Assembly (NCBI GenBank): GCA_021818465.1
Contig: JAKAEA010000001.1
Location: 235,662 to 299,661 of the forward strand
Direction: 5' to 3'
Length of the DNA stretch: 64,000 nt
Source: a bacterium
Lineage (GTDB): Bacteria; Patescibacteriota; Minisyncoccia; Phycocordibacterales; JAKAEA01
Shown in pieces: positions 8,825 to 18,526 of this stretch; positions within the stretch are counted from its first letter, which is position 1, and every line of letters starts with the position of its first letter. The notes below the pieces were generated by a model. It had not been told where the DNA came from, made no database searches, and was given only the letters and a program-made list of their open reading frames with translations. Made by a program: the position numbers and the translations under genes.

Positions 8825-9796
8825 TTAGTTGACGACGTAGTGGGGCCGACGACCCTCAAAAAAGTCAATAATATTTTGAGCAGTGATAACGGCCATTTCA
8901 TCGCGCGTTTCAATGCTCGCTGAAGCAATATGAGGGGTAAGAATAACATTATTTAGACTCCGCAAACCGAGACTAACTCTAGGCTCAAATTCAAAGACGT
9001 CTAGGGCCGCCGCCGCAATAATGTTATTTTTTAACGCGTGTTCCAATGCGGCTTCTTCCACCACTGGTCCGCGGGCAGTATTAATAAGAAACGCGGTTGG
9101 CTTCATACGGCGTAAATGTTCGCCATTAATGAGGTGGCGGGTTGTTGGCAAGAGGGGCACGTGGAGACTCACCACGTCAGCTTTTGGTAATAGTGCATCT
9201 ATAGTTTGGTAATACACAGCCCCAGTTTCTTTTTCTAATTGTTCATTTTTTGTAATGTCGGTGTAGATAATATTCATACCGAGAGCTCGAGCATAATGAA
9301 CAACTCGTGCACCAATTCGGCCGGCTCCCACCAAGCCAAATGTTTTGCCGAGAATGTCGGTACCGATGAAATTCATCGGTGACCAGCCGTGGTATTCGCC
9401 CCGGCGAACCGACTGATCGGCTTCAACAATTCGGCCCGCTAACGCGAGCATAAGGGCAATGGTGTGCTCAGCGACCGCCTCGGCTGAACGAGGCGCCGGT
9501 GCATTGGTTACGATAATTCCTCGTTTTTTGGCTTCAATAAGGTCAATGTTGTCAAAGCCGCTGGCGTAATTAGCGTAGATTTTAACACTCGGCGCTGCAG
9601 TAAAAACGTCGACACCAATCGAATCAGTTAAAAGTGTAATGACGCCGTCGTACGGCTTTTTTTGCAACAAGGAAATAGTCTCATCACGGCTTGGTATAGC
9701 GTCAGAAGCATTAACGTCAACGTTGTACCCATGCTCACGAAGCACACTAAGACCCGCCTCCGGAATGGGGCGAGTTACGAACACAGATTTAGACAT
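8825..9796 (-). CDS. D-isomer-specific 2-hydroxyacid dehydrogenase (glyoxylate/hydroxypyruvate reductase or PGDH-like)
   Basis: NAD-binding GLVGAGRIGARVVHYARALGMNIIY and the catalytic region ...TARGPVVEEAALEHAL... typical of the family. Confidence 0.75.
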   Translation of the reverse strand: MSKSVFVTRPIPEAGLSVLREHGYNVDVNASDAIPSRDETISLLQKKPYDGVITLLTDSIGVDVFTAAPSVKIYANYASGFDNIDLIEAKKRGIIVTNAPAPRSAEAVAEHTIALMLALAGRIVEADQSVRRGEYHGWSPMNFIGTDILGKTFGLVGAGRIGARVVHYARALGMNIIYTDITKNEQLEKETGAVYYQTIDALLPKADVVSLHVPLLPTTRHLINGEHLRRMKPTAFLINTARGPVVEEAALEHALKNNIIAAAALDVFEFEPRVSLGLRSLNNVILTPHIASASIETRDEMAVITAQNIIDFFEGRRPHYVVN

Positions 9797-9882
9797 GTAA
9801 AAAGTATAGCATGTTTGGTCTATTGGTTTTGCTATACTATATATAGTAGTGGTTGATAACTATTGTATTAATTTTTTTTAAA

Positions 9883-10425
9883 ATGGCTCAAAAAATTTTT
9901 ATTGAAGACTCACCGTTTGCAAAGTTTGTTTTTTCCGATACACGCATTACTTGGTTTTGGTTTGTGGTGCGATTGTACGTTGGTTGGCAGTGGCTATCGG
10001 CTGGTTTTGAAAAAATAACGAGCTCGGCTTGGTTTGGTTCGCACGCCGGTAGCGCGCTCACCGGTTTTCTTAATGGTGCCATTGCTCAAACCTCTGGCGC
10101 TCACCCAAACGTGCAGGGGTGGTATGGAGTTTTTTTGCACGTTATCGTACTTTCTCATCCGGTTATCTGGTCAAATATAATTTCTGTCGGCGAATGTGCT
10201 GTGGGCGTCGCGCTTATTATCGGCGTCTTCACTGGTATCGCCGCATTTTTCGGTCTCTTTATGAATCTCAACTATTTATTGGCCGGTACGGTGAGTACGA
10301 ATCCAATTCTTTTTACTCTTGGCATTGGCCTCGTTCTGGCGTGGCGTGTTGCTGGTTGGTGGGGCGTGGATCGCTGGTTGCTTCCTATCCTTGGCACACC
10401 CTGGCAGAAGGTGGAGGTGGTGTAA
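9883..10425 (+). CDS. DoxX-family membrane protein
   Basis: RLYVGWQWLSAGFEKI and four TM helices. The ATG at 9883 is preferred over the upstream TTG at 9853. Confidence 0.6.
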   Translation: MAQKIFIEDSPFAKFVFSDTRITWFWFVVRLYVGWQWLSAGFEKITSSAWFGSHAGSALTGFLNGAIAQTSGAHPNVQGWYGVFLHVIVLSHPVIWSNIISVGECAVGVALIIGVFTGIAAFFGLFMNLNYLLAGTVSTNPILFTLGIGLVLAWRVAGWWGVDRWLLPILGTPWQKVEVV

Positions 10426-10600
10426 GATTAAAATAGGTTCTAAACACCCCATTGGGGAAAGTCGCAATCTCGCCAATCAGCCGAGACAGAGTCATATTTT
10501 TGAGATTTTTCGGATGGCATAGAAACATCCACCTATTAATTTTATACAAAAAAACCGCACGCTCAATCTAATGAACGTGCAGCTACTCCTACTTGTGTTA

Positions 10601-11569
10601 TTACAACACTGTGCGTAGGAAATGCAGAGCATTGTTGGCCGTAATTTTTTTGACCGTGTCAGGATCTCGAAACTCTTCTGTGAGTTTTCCGCTAATTATC
10701 TCCGCTTTGAGCGGAGAGTTTAGACATACTGGTTCAACTGGAAACCGGATGGGCCACCGAGGATCATCCGGAGCAAACTGCTTCATTCGCTCGAAATGAG
10801 TTCGAGCCTGAGGTTCGGGAATCTGACGATAGATCCCATCAGTTCCCAGGCTGACATTACCCAATCCGCAGATTTCAATCATGTGGCGCACGTGTTGCAA
10901 CCACGGATTAAGTGAATCGTCCGTTTGGGACAGGCCAAACGTCAAATTATAGACGCCGACAATACCACTAAATCGGGCGATGCCTGACAGAATATCGTCA
11001 GGCAAATTACGCGGGTTGTTATAAACACTATGACAACCGCCGTGGCTAGCCATGATGCGTACCCCGGGATTCTTTCGAACGAATTCAATAGTTTCCCGTG
11101 CTGTCTGATGACACGCGTGCGAGAGGTCGGCGACGATTCCGGCAACCGCCAATCCTCGCAAGAATTTTTTTCCTTGCTCAGTGAGCGGTTTGGTAGTCAT
11201 ATATCCGCCGCCGTAGGGATTTTCTTCATTCTTATAGGCGAGCGTGGTAAAGAGAATACCGAGCCGGCGAAGGGTTTTTAGATCTTCGATGTTGGCATCC
11301 ATCGGCGGCAATTGCAAACCAAGCACCACTCCGATTCGATCTCCAAGATTGTCCAAGTCTTCAATGTTTTGAATGACCAGGACATCCTCTTGTTTTTCAA
11401 AGACGCCTACTGTCTTTTGAACTTCGGCGATAATCGCCTCAGCTGTGCTGAATCGGCTGGCTATTGGCGGGCAAGCAGTGTAGCCAACAATCGCTGGTTT
11501 TGGAAATCTTGCGGCGAAAACCGGCAGCTCCATTTGCGAAGCGGGGAATGCGCAAAAGTCAACGAACAT
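10601..11569 (-). CDS. membrane dipeptidase, peptidase family M19 (renal dipeptidase-like)
   Basis: Conserved M19 blocks (HGGCHSVYNNPRNLPDD, DLSHACH). Start chosen at the ATG at 11569, which is preceded by AAGGAGG. The ORF-track start at 11635 is likely too far upstream. A terminator-like hairpin lies downstream on the minus strand (~10550-10590). Confidence 0.75.
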   Translation of the reverse strand: MFVDFCAFPASQMELPVFAARFPKPAIVGYTACPPIASRFSTAEAIIAEVQKTVGVFEKQEDVLVIQNIEDLDNLGDRIGVVLGLQLPPMDANIEDLKTLRRLGILFTTLAYKNEENPYGGGYMTTKPLTEQGKKFLRGLAVAGIVADLSHACHQTARETIEFVRKNPGVRIMASHGGCHSVYNNPRNLPDDILSGIARFSGIVGVYNLTFGLSQTDDSLNPWLQHVRHMIEICGLGNVSLGTDGIYRQIPEPQARTHFERMKQFAPDDPRWPIRFPVEPVCLNSPLKAEIISGKLTEEFRDPDTVKKITANNALHFLRTVL

Positions 11570-11757
11570 ATAAACCTCCTTAAGGTTTGAGAAAATTAGC
11601 GTGAATTGAAGACATTTCAATTCATCTATTGACAATAATACTATATTAATGTATATATGTCAATAGGTTGTCGTGCAATAAGTATAGATAAAAAAGATAG
11701 AACTAATATGTTACGATATGCTATATATTTTATTCTTCTACTAGAAAATACAATTTT

Positions 11758-13350
11758 ATGCCTCAAAAAATATTCAGACCACCAACTCTTGTTGAGTTTT
11801 CTCATAAGGAATCAAAAATCCAAAAAACTATTGCCGATAAACAACTTGATTTTATATGTCAAAAAGATAGCGCTTTTTGGAGTCAAGAGCGCAAGAAACA
11901 ATTATTTTCTCTTTTTAAAACTTCGGTAAAAACTCTACCAGCGTATCAAGAATTTCTTACTCGAGCTGGTGTTGATTATAAGAAAATTACTACGTTCGAA
12001 CAGTTTTCGAAAACTGTTCCGCCAGTTAGTAAGGATAATTATCTCAGAACATATTCTTGGAAACAATTATGCGCCCCCGGCGCACTCACGGGTCAATCGT
12101 TAGTGTTGACATCAACTTCTGGATCGACAGGAAAACCCTTTTATTTTCCTCGTAATGGTATTCTCGATACTCAATCGTCGCTCTATCATCAAATGTATTT
12201 GCGTAATAGCGGTATTGATCCTGATAAATCAACGTTGGTGATTGTGTGTTTTGGTATGGGTGTGTGGATTGGCGGTCTTATCACGTATCAAGCCTTTAAA
12301 TATATTGCTGAGCGAGGTCATCCAATGACTATTATTACGCCCGGGGTCAATAAAAAGGAAATTTACGAAGCAATGAAAAATGTGGCACCGAATTACGATC
12401 AAATAATTCTTTGCGGATACCCGCCGTTTATGAAAGACGTGATTGATGAAGGGAAAGCTAATGGTGTTGAGTGGCGTGATTTTAATATTAAAATGAGTTT
12501 TGCGGCTGAAAGTTTTTCGGAAAAATTTCGCGATTATCTTCTTCGTAAGACTGGTATGAAAAACCCTTATCGTGACACGGCCAATGTGTATGGCAGTGCT
12601 GATCTTGGCACGATGGCTATGGAAACACCGATCGCTATTCTTATTCGCCGCTTGGCTCTTCGAAACAAAAAAATCTATAAAAAACTTTTTGGAGATGCTA
12701 GTCGTCTACCGACTCTTGCCCAATTTATTCCATCATTTGTTAATTTTGAGGCGATTAATCGAAATATTTATGTCAGCGGTGACAATGTGTTGCCATTAGT
12801 TCGTTATCAGATTGGTGACAATGGTGGTGTTCTTGATTTTGCCGAAGTAGAGGAGGTTTTTAGTGAGGCGGGAGTTAACTTGCGCGCTAAGGCGGCGGCT
12901 ATTGGTATTACCGATACCATCGCCGAATTACCATTTGTCTATGTTTATGAACGGACCGATCTCTCTACAAAGCTTTATGGGGCGATTATTTATCCGGAGT
13001 ATGTAAAAGCCGGTCTTCAACATCCGACTCTGGAAAAATATATCACTGGCAAATTTACGATGTTTACGCAATATGATAAAAAACAAAACGAATATTTAGA
13101 AATAAATGTTGAATTAAAGCCCGGTATTGTTGAGTCAGACTGGCTTAATGAGAAACTTTTAAAGTTCGTTGTAGAATTTCTTTTAAATCGAAGTGCTGAG
13201 TATAAATATCTTACTGATATGCTTGGGACGCGCGTAAGTCCTAAAATTGTTTTTTGGCCTTATGAACATGCGACTCATTTCCAGGTTGGTATTAAGCAAA
13301 AGTGGGTAAAGAAGAATGATCAAGAAAAACGTAAAAATTTTAAAAAATAG
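11758..13350 (+). CDS. adenylate-forming enzyme, phenylacetate-CoA ligase (PaaK)/CapK/F390-synthetase-like
   Basis: P-loop-like TSTSGSTGKPFYFP typical of the PaaK-like ANL subfamily. 530 aa. Confidence 0.6.
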   Translation: MPQKIFRPPTLVEFSHKESKIQKTIADKQLDFICQKDSAFWSQERKKQLFSLFKTSVKTLPAYQEFLTRAGVDYKKITTFEQFSKTVPPVSKDNYLRTYSWKQLCAPGALTGQSLVLTSTSGSTGKPFYFPRNGILDTQSSLYHQMYLRNSGIDPDKSTLVIVCFGMGVWIGGLITYQAFKYIAERGHPMTIITPGVNKKEIYEAMKNVAPNYDQIILCGYPPFMKDVIDEGKANGVEWRDFNIKMSFAAESFSEKFRDYLLRKTGMKNPYRDTANVYGSADLGTMAMETPIAILIRRLALRNKKIYKKLFGDASRLPTLAQFIPSFVNFEAINRNIYVSGDNVLPLVRYQIGDNGGVLDFAEVEEVFSEAGVNLRAKAAAIGITDTIAELPFVYVYERTDLSTKLYGAIIYPEYVKAGLQHPTLEKYITGKFTMFTQYDKKQNEYLEINVELKPGIVESDWLNEKLLKFVVEFLLNRSAEYKYLTDMLGTRVSPKIVFWPYEHATHFQVGIKQKWVKKNDQEKRKNFKK

Positions 13351-14008
13351 TATAGTTGTCATAACTGGCGCTGGCCGGGGTTTGGGAAAATCGCTTGTTG
13401 CCGCTTTTACTAATCGTGAAGCACATGTTATTGCTTCTGATATTGATTCACGTCAATACAAAACTGATGTTCGAGATGAGGTTGAAGTAAAAAGATTAGC
13501 TGATGAAATTGTTAAAAAATTTGGTCAAATAGATATTTGGATAAACAATGCCGGTATTTGGTTACCGCGGATGTCAGTTCAAGAATTAGATATGAACCGT
13601 GTTCGGGAGATTTTTAATGTTAATGTCTTCGGTACAATACATGGCACTCGAGCCGCCCTGAAAATTATGGAGCATCAAGGAAAGGGAACTATCGTCAATA
13701 TTGTTTCTACTGCCGCGCTCGTTGGTCGACCGTTCTTTGCAACCTATTCGGCGAGCAAGCATGCTGAAAAAGGTTTTACGGATTCTGTGCGAGAAGAGTT
13801 GAGAGAGCAAGGAAGCAATGTCTCCATTATCGGTATTTATCCCGGTGGTATAAAAACCAACCTTTTTGATGAGAAAAAACCTGATGATTTTGCTAAGTAT
13901 ATGGAGCCAGAATTTGTCGCGGAAGCCATTGTTGCGAACTTAGAAAAGGAAAAGCCGGAACCCGACCTCATTCTTAAACGACCAGGTCAAGATATCAAAT
14001 TTAAATAG
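13316..14008 (+). CDS. short-chain dehydrogenase/reductase (SDR)
   Basis: VVITGAGRGLGKSL (TGxxxGxG), NNAGI, and the YSASK catalytic YxxxK. Confidence 0.8.
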   Translation: MIKKNVKILKNSIVVITGAGRGLGKSLVAAFTNREAHVIASDIDSRQYKTDVRDEVEVKRLADEIVKKFGQIDIWINNAGIWLPRMSVQELDMNRVREIFNVNVFGTIHGTRAALKIMEHQGKGTIVNIVSTAALVGRPFFATYSASKHAEKGFTDSVREELREQGSNVSIIGIYPGGIKTNLFDEKKPDDFAKYMEPEFVAEAIVANLEKEKPEPDLILKRPGQDIKFK

Positions 14009-14093
14009 CTAAAATTTAGTCACACCTTGGACGGTGCATGTACTCTTTTAAAGATGGTAGTATAGGGGTATTAGTAAATTCATTTTTAATACT

Positions 14094-15272
14094 ATGCTTT
14101 CACTTCATGAGATGTTAGAGAAAAAAGATGACGTTGGTGCAAAACCGATATTTTTTGATTTGTCCCAAACTGCCGATCAAAACAAACTCTCCGCACTTTT
14201 TGCTGACAATAAAATCCAACACGTTTCCGATGATTTTGAAGAACAGCACCAAGAATTATTTGCAGTCAGAAATCCGACGATTGTCTATACGGCGGGTTTC
14301 AAAGAAAAATTTAAAAAATATTACGAGGAACTAAAAACTCAAAAGCCTCTTCAGGAACATGGCCATTGGGTCTATTTTCCATGGCTCTCGAAAATTGTTC
14401 ATATTTTAGCTGAAGAAGATTTTTTTATTGTTCGAACTGCACGCAATAAAAATCTCATTAATACCGAGGAGCAAGAAAAATTTCACAATGCCAAAATAGG
14501 TATTGGTGGTTTATCGGTTGGTTCAAGCGTCGCCTACGCTATGACTCTTCAAGGTGGGCCGAAACACGTCAAACTTGCCGATATGGATCGTCTTGCCCTT
14601 TCCAATACGAATCGCATTCTTTCTGGTGTTGATAATCTCGGAATGCTCAAAGTAGAAATGGCCGCTCGTTTCATGTATCAGATTAACCCATATATGGAAA
14701 TAGAACTTTACCCCGACGGCCTGACTCCTGAAAATATTGAAGGGTTTTGCAAAGACTTAGATGTAGTGATTGATGAGCTTGATAATTTATCGGTGAAATT
14801 TTTGATTCGTGAACAAGCCAAAAAATATAAAATACCAGTCGTTATGGCTGCTGATAATGGTGACAATGCTGTAGTAGACGTTGAACGGTATGATTTAGAG
14901 CCGGATATGCCGTACTTTCATGGTCGTATGGGTGATGTCTCATACGACATGCTCACAAAATTAGATAAATTCGGTATCGGCAAAATGATCACCAAGCACG
15001 TTGGTCCGGAAAATGTGACCGAACGAATGCAGCAATCGCTCATGGAGATGGGGAAGACTATTGTCTCTTGGCCCCAACTTGGCGGCGCGGCTTTGATTAA
15101 TGGCGCGGCTGTGGCTTATTGTGTGCGAAAAATTCTGAACAGTCAGCCACTGGAGAAAAATCGCGCCCTTGTGTATTTGGACGAAAAACTTATTCCGACC
15201 TGGAACGAGCCGACCGAAATAAAAAAACGTGCCGCTATCGCCGATGGTTTTCGGAAAATTTTTGGGTTGTAA
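14094..15272 (+). CDS. E1-like ThiF/MoeB-family adenylyltransferase with ~130-aa N-terminal extension
   Basis: Rossmann motif GIGGLSVGS and the E1 signature DMDRLALSNTNR (DxDxxxxSNLNR). There are no CxxC zinc motifs. The N-terminal extension is unassigned. Confidence 0.7.
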   Translation: MLSLHEMLEKKDDVGAKPIFFDLSQTADQNKLSALFADNKIQHVSDDFEEQHQELFAVRNPTIVYTAGFKEKFKKYYEELKTQKPLQEHGHWVYFPWLSKIVHILAEEDFFIVRTARNKNLINTEEQEKFHNAKIGIGGLSVGSSVAYAMTLQGGPKHVKLADMDRLALSNTNRILSGVDNLGMLKVEMAARFMYQINPYMEIELYPDGLTPENIEGFCKDLDVVIDELDNLSVKFLIREQAKKYKIPVVMAADNGDNAVVDVERYDLEPDMPYFHGRMGDVSYDMLTKLDKFGIGKMITKHVGPENVTERMQQSLMEMGKTIVSWPQLGGAALINGAAVAYCVRKILNSQPLEKNRALVYLDEKLIPTWNEPTEIKKRAAIADGFRKIFGL

Positions 15273-15288
15273 TTATTTTAGTTTAATT

Positions 15289-16092
15289 CTATTTATTATT
15301 TTTTTGAGAATTTTTACCCAGTCTCTTAGCTTCCTCCCAGGCGAGATCAAAAACACTCTTCATAACGTCTGCCATTTCTTTACTTTCAACACTTATCGCT
15401 ATACCCCCGTGGTCGTGAGAAGCATAGGCAATTTTGTTATCGTAAATGACTAAATCGGCGGATATTTTGTATTTGTCTGGTGGTATGAGTATTGGTTTGT
15501 CAAGATTTTTAGTGTTATATCTAAGTAAATTTCGATTAAACTCATTATCGGGATGGATACCATGCATTTTGATATTTAATTGGTATCTTTTTTGTAAATA
15601 TTGCGGCATATAGTCACCCATGATTTCTCTAAGATTTTCTGTGGCGGAAATCACCCGCATCAATTTTTCTTTTGTTTTAAGAGTCTCTTCAAAAGCGCTA
15701 ATTAAACCTTCTTTTCCTTCAAATACTCGAACTTTCGGTTTTTGTTTAGTATCTTTATGTAAGGCTTTTAGTTCTGGTAATATTTTCTCAATTTTATTTA
15801 AAATATTTTCTTGCTTATCCACCATATTTTCGGCGGTATGAAGTAAAATATCAGGAGAAGTGGCGATATACTGTCGAACATCCTTATCGTCTGAGATACT
15901 TACTAATCCTTTTTTTATAAGAGATTCAAGTACGACATAAATTGTGCTTCTATTGATTTCGGTATGTCGAGAGATTTCTTGCACGGGAGCAATTTCAAGT
16001 TCAAGCAACGCTACGTAAATACGTGCCTCTTTTTCATTAAGACCAAATTCTATAAGAGTTTTAGTAAGCATAGTGTTAATGGGTGTTAACAA
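15289..16092 (-). CDS. TrmB-family transcriptional regulator
   Basis: N-terminal wHTH (LIEFGLNEKEARIYVALLELEIAPVQEISRHTEINRSTIYVVLESLIKKGLV). Divergently oriented from the small peptide gene. Confidence 0.7.
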   Translation of the reverse strand: MLTPINTMLTKTLIEFGLNEKEARIYVALLELEIAPVQEISRHTEINRSTIYVVLESLIKKGLVSISDDKDVRQYIATSPDILLHTAENMVDKQENILNKIEKILPELKALHKDTKQKPKVRVFEGKEGLISAFEETLKTKEKLMRVISATENLREIMGDYMPQYLQKRYQLNIKMHGIHPDNEFNRNLLRYNTKNLDKPILIPPDKYKISADLVIYDNKIAYASHDHGGIAISVESKEMADVMKSVFDLAWEEAKRLGKNSQKNNK

Positions 16093-16143
16093 TATTGTTA
16101 TAATTTACGTTTCGAAACTATTTTTGTTGTTATAGTATAACAA
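16088..16143. promoter_or_regulatory. two palindromic operator-like sites sharing a TTGTTATA half-site in the divergent intergenic region
   Basis: AACAATATTGTT at 16088-16099 (extending to TTGTTATAA) and TTGTTATAgTATAACAA at 16127-16143 are perfect inverted repeats. They lie between the TrmB regulator and the peptide gene. Confidence 0.4.
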
Positions 16144-16345
16144 CACAATAGAAATAATACAAGCTACTAGCGAATTAGTGCGGTGATAATTTTTTTTAGC
16201 AGTAGTTGTTTATAGGGAAAAAGTATTGTCTCGTGATTGTTATATGTTTACAACATTTTTGAAGGGTTTATTTTTTAGTTAGATAAAAAGTTGGAGTGCG
16301 TGATTTGTATATCAACTCATTGAAAAAAGAAAGGAGGTGATTATC

Positions 16346-16450
16346 ATGGCAAACCAACCAACAGGCCCCCATGGGGGTTCGTCGGGTGGCACTAGTACCG
16401 GCAACAATGGTTCGGGCGGTGGCTCTCACGGTGGTCCTCGAGGAGGATAA
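16346..16450 (+). CDS. 34-aa Gly/Ser-rich small peptide (MANQPTGPHGGSSGGTSTGNNGSGGGSHGGPRGG)
   Basis: Not in the ORF track (<60 aa). A perfect RBS (AAAGGAGGTG) lies 7 nt upstream of the ATG, and a rho-independent terminator follows immediately. No Cys. Ser/Thr sit in a Gly-rich context. Confidence 0.55.
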   Translation: MANQPTGPHGGSSGGTSTGNNGSGGGSHGGPRGG

Positions 16451-16471
16451 TTTCTCGTCGGACTATAGTAG

Positions 16472-16505
16472 AATAGGGTGAGAGTTTTCTCACCCTATTT
16501 CTAAT
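16472..16505 (+). terminator. rho-independent terminator after the small peptide gene
   Basis: AGGGTGAGA-gttt-TCTCACCCT, a 9-bp perfect stem followed by a T-rich tract. Confidence 0.7.
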
Positions 16506-16519
16506 TTATATAAAAATAT

Positions 16520-16789
16520 ATGTCTAATAAAAATAATATAAAATATCCTGTTGTTTTTATTATCTACAGAGATATCGTTCTCTGGGAGAGTCAGGTTAAG
16601 ATTAAAAGTGGTTTTCCTGTACATATTTTTCACGCAGTTGGTTTTTTAATTGAAGATAATACTGATAATTATGTTATTGCCCGAGAGATTGTGACAAATC
16701 AAAATGACGATCTCCGAGGGGCAATGACTATTCCCAAAGAAACAATCTTGCATTTTGAAAAGATCAAAGAAAATAAAATAATTTCTTAA
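16520..16789 (+). CDS. hypothetical protein (89 aa)
   Basis: ORF inside the AT-rich island with no recognisable motifs. Confidence 0.35.
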   Translation: MSNKNNIKYPVVFIIYRDIVLWESQVKIKSGFPVHIFHAVGFLIEDNTDNYVIAREIVTNQNDDLRGAMTIPKETILHFEKIKENKIIS

Positions 16790-16811
16790 AGATTAGCATA
16801 TTGTTATTTTT

Positions 16812-17309
16812 ATGAAATTAAAATCTACTCTCACCAATCGTTCAGGCAAAATATTGTCTGTTATTTATTCGGAAAAAGATCCTCTCATTGGCTTAGAAGG
16901 GAAAATTTTGCAAGGCGTTCACGCTTTTTGTTTTTGGGGAAATCACATGGTATTGGTGCATCATCCTAAAAGTGGGTGGATGCCACCGGGTGGTGGCATT
17001 GAACGTAATGAAAATTATATAGAAGCGACGTTACGAGAAGTTAAAGAGGAAACAAATATGAAAGTCACGTATCTAAAAACAATCGGTTTTCAGGATACAT
17101 ATGAGCCGGGGAAAGTGGTCCGACAGGTGCGGAATTTTTGTTTAGTTGAACCGTGTGGAGATTTTACATCAGATCCCGATGGTGAAATTATGGAAATTAA
17201 ACTTATTAGACCGGAAGACTATAAACAATATTTTGATTGGGGCGAAATTGGCGATAGAATTATGACGCAAGCGTTGAAATATAAGAGTAAAATAGCCGGG
17301 ATTTTATAA
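16812..17309 (+). CDS. NUDIX hydrolase
   Basis: Nudix box GGGIERNENYIEATLREVKEETN (Gx5Ex7REUxEExGU). Confidence 0.8.
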   Translation: MKLKSTLTNRSGKILSVIYSEKDPLIGLEGKILQGVHAFCFWGNHMVLVHHPKSGWMPPGGGIERNENYIEATLREVKEETNMKVTYLKTIGFQDTYEPGKVVRQVRNFCLVEPCGDFTSDPDGEIMEIKLIRPEDYKQYFDWGEIGDRIMTQALKYKSKIAGIL

Positions 17310-17381
17310 ACTTCTTATATTATTTGGTCTATCTAAGCTTATGAGATATAATCTTAATATCGAAAGTTATTGTGTTTTTCT

Positions 17382-18416
17382 ATGAAAGAAAACTATAAAG
17401 CTTGGCAAATAGATCTGAACTCTTTCAAAGAGCTTAAAACTGAAGTTGAGAGATTAAAATTTTTCTTAAAATTTGCCGTATTAGCTCCTTCGAGTCATAA
17501 TTCACAACCTTGGTTATTTTCAGTTTCTGAAAATAGTATTCAAGTTTATCGAGCAAAGTTTCGTTCTCTTCCTATCGCTGATGTAAATAATCGTCAACTT
17601 TTTTTAAGTATTGGTTGTGCTATTGAACATATTGTTATTGCTGCTCAGTATTATGGATATAGCACTAATGTAGAATATAAGGACGATTTAATTAACCCCA
17701 ATCTTGCTGCTATTATCACGTTTAGAAAAGAAGAAAAAAAAATTCAAACAATCGAAAGTTTACGTTATATCCAAGCTATTCTAAAAAGAAAGACAAATCG
17801 TGGTAAATACAAAAAAGAAAAAATTTTAGAAAATTTATTGGAAAAAATAGAAAAGTTAAAAACTCCCAATCTTAATATATATGTGATTAGTGATACTGAA
17901 AAAATATCTAGACTTGCCGATATTGCCGTTCAAGCTTCTATTGAATCAATGGTTGACGATAATTTTCGTTTAGAACTCTCTCATCATCTTAAACATAATT
18001 TAACAAAATCTAAAATTGGCATGCCTGGTTTTAGTTTGGGTTTGCCGACGCTGGTTTCATTTTTATTACCACATTTAATGAAACAATTTAATTTGGAACG
18101 AGTAGCTCAAAAACAAAACGAGAAATTATTTAAAAAACATACTCCATATATAGTTATATTAACGACTAACGGTGATTCACGAAAAGATTGGCTAGAAGCT
18201 GGCCGAGTATTTGAACAGATTACCCTTACTCTAACGCACGATAATATTAGCGTGTCTCCTTGGGGTGCGCCAATTCAAATAGGAGAATTTTACAGAAATA
18301 TTCAGAAAATTCTTCACACTAGTTTTCGGCCACAGATGTTTTTTCGAGTAGGGTATGCTCAAAAAAAAGCAAGATTTAGTCCTAGATTAATAGTTGAAGA
18401 TGTTCTGGATAAATAG
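17382..18416 (+). CDS. nitroreductase-family protein, Acg/tandem-nitroreductase-like
   Basis: APSSHNSQPW motif and a ~340-aa length consistent with the double nitroreductase fold. The ATG at 17382 is preferred over the TTG at 17370. Confidence 0.6.
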   Translation: MKENYKAWQIDLNSFKELKTEVERLKFFLKFAVLAPSSHNSQPWLFSVSENSIQVYRAKFRSLPIADVNNRQLFLSIGCAIEHIVIAAQYYGYSTNVEYKDDLINPNLAAIITFRKEEKKIQTIESLRYIQAILKRKTNRGKYKKEKILENLLEKIEKLKTPNLNIYVISDTEKISRLADIAVQASIESMVDDNFRLELSHHLKHNLTKSKIGMPGFSLGLPTLVSFLLPHLMKQFNLERVAQKQNEKLFKKHTPYIVILTTNGDSRKDWLEAGRVFEQITLTLTHDNISVSPWGAPIQIGEFYRNIQKILHTSFRPQMFFRVGYAQKKARFSPRLIVEDVLDK

Positions 18417-18526
18417 TTTTAATTCTAGTTTAGTAAGACCATGCTAAAGTCTAGAGCTTAAAGAATGGAGGATGATTTCGCATAAATAAGTTATAAGGTG
18501 TATGCTATATACAATATAGCAAAAAT

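Noticed and set aside
9662-9856. Small ORFs overlapping the 2-hydroxyacid dehydrogenase 5' end and the DoxX upstream region
   Set aside because: Out-of-frame overlaps with a motif-supported gene, and no RBS.
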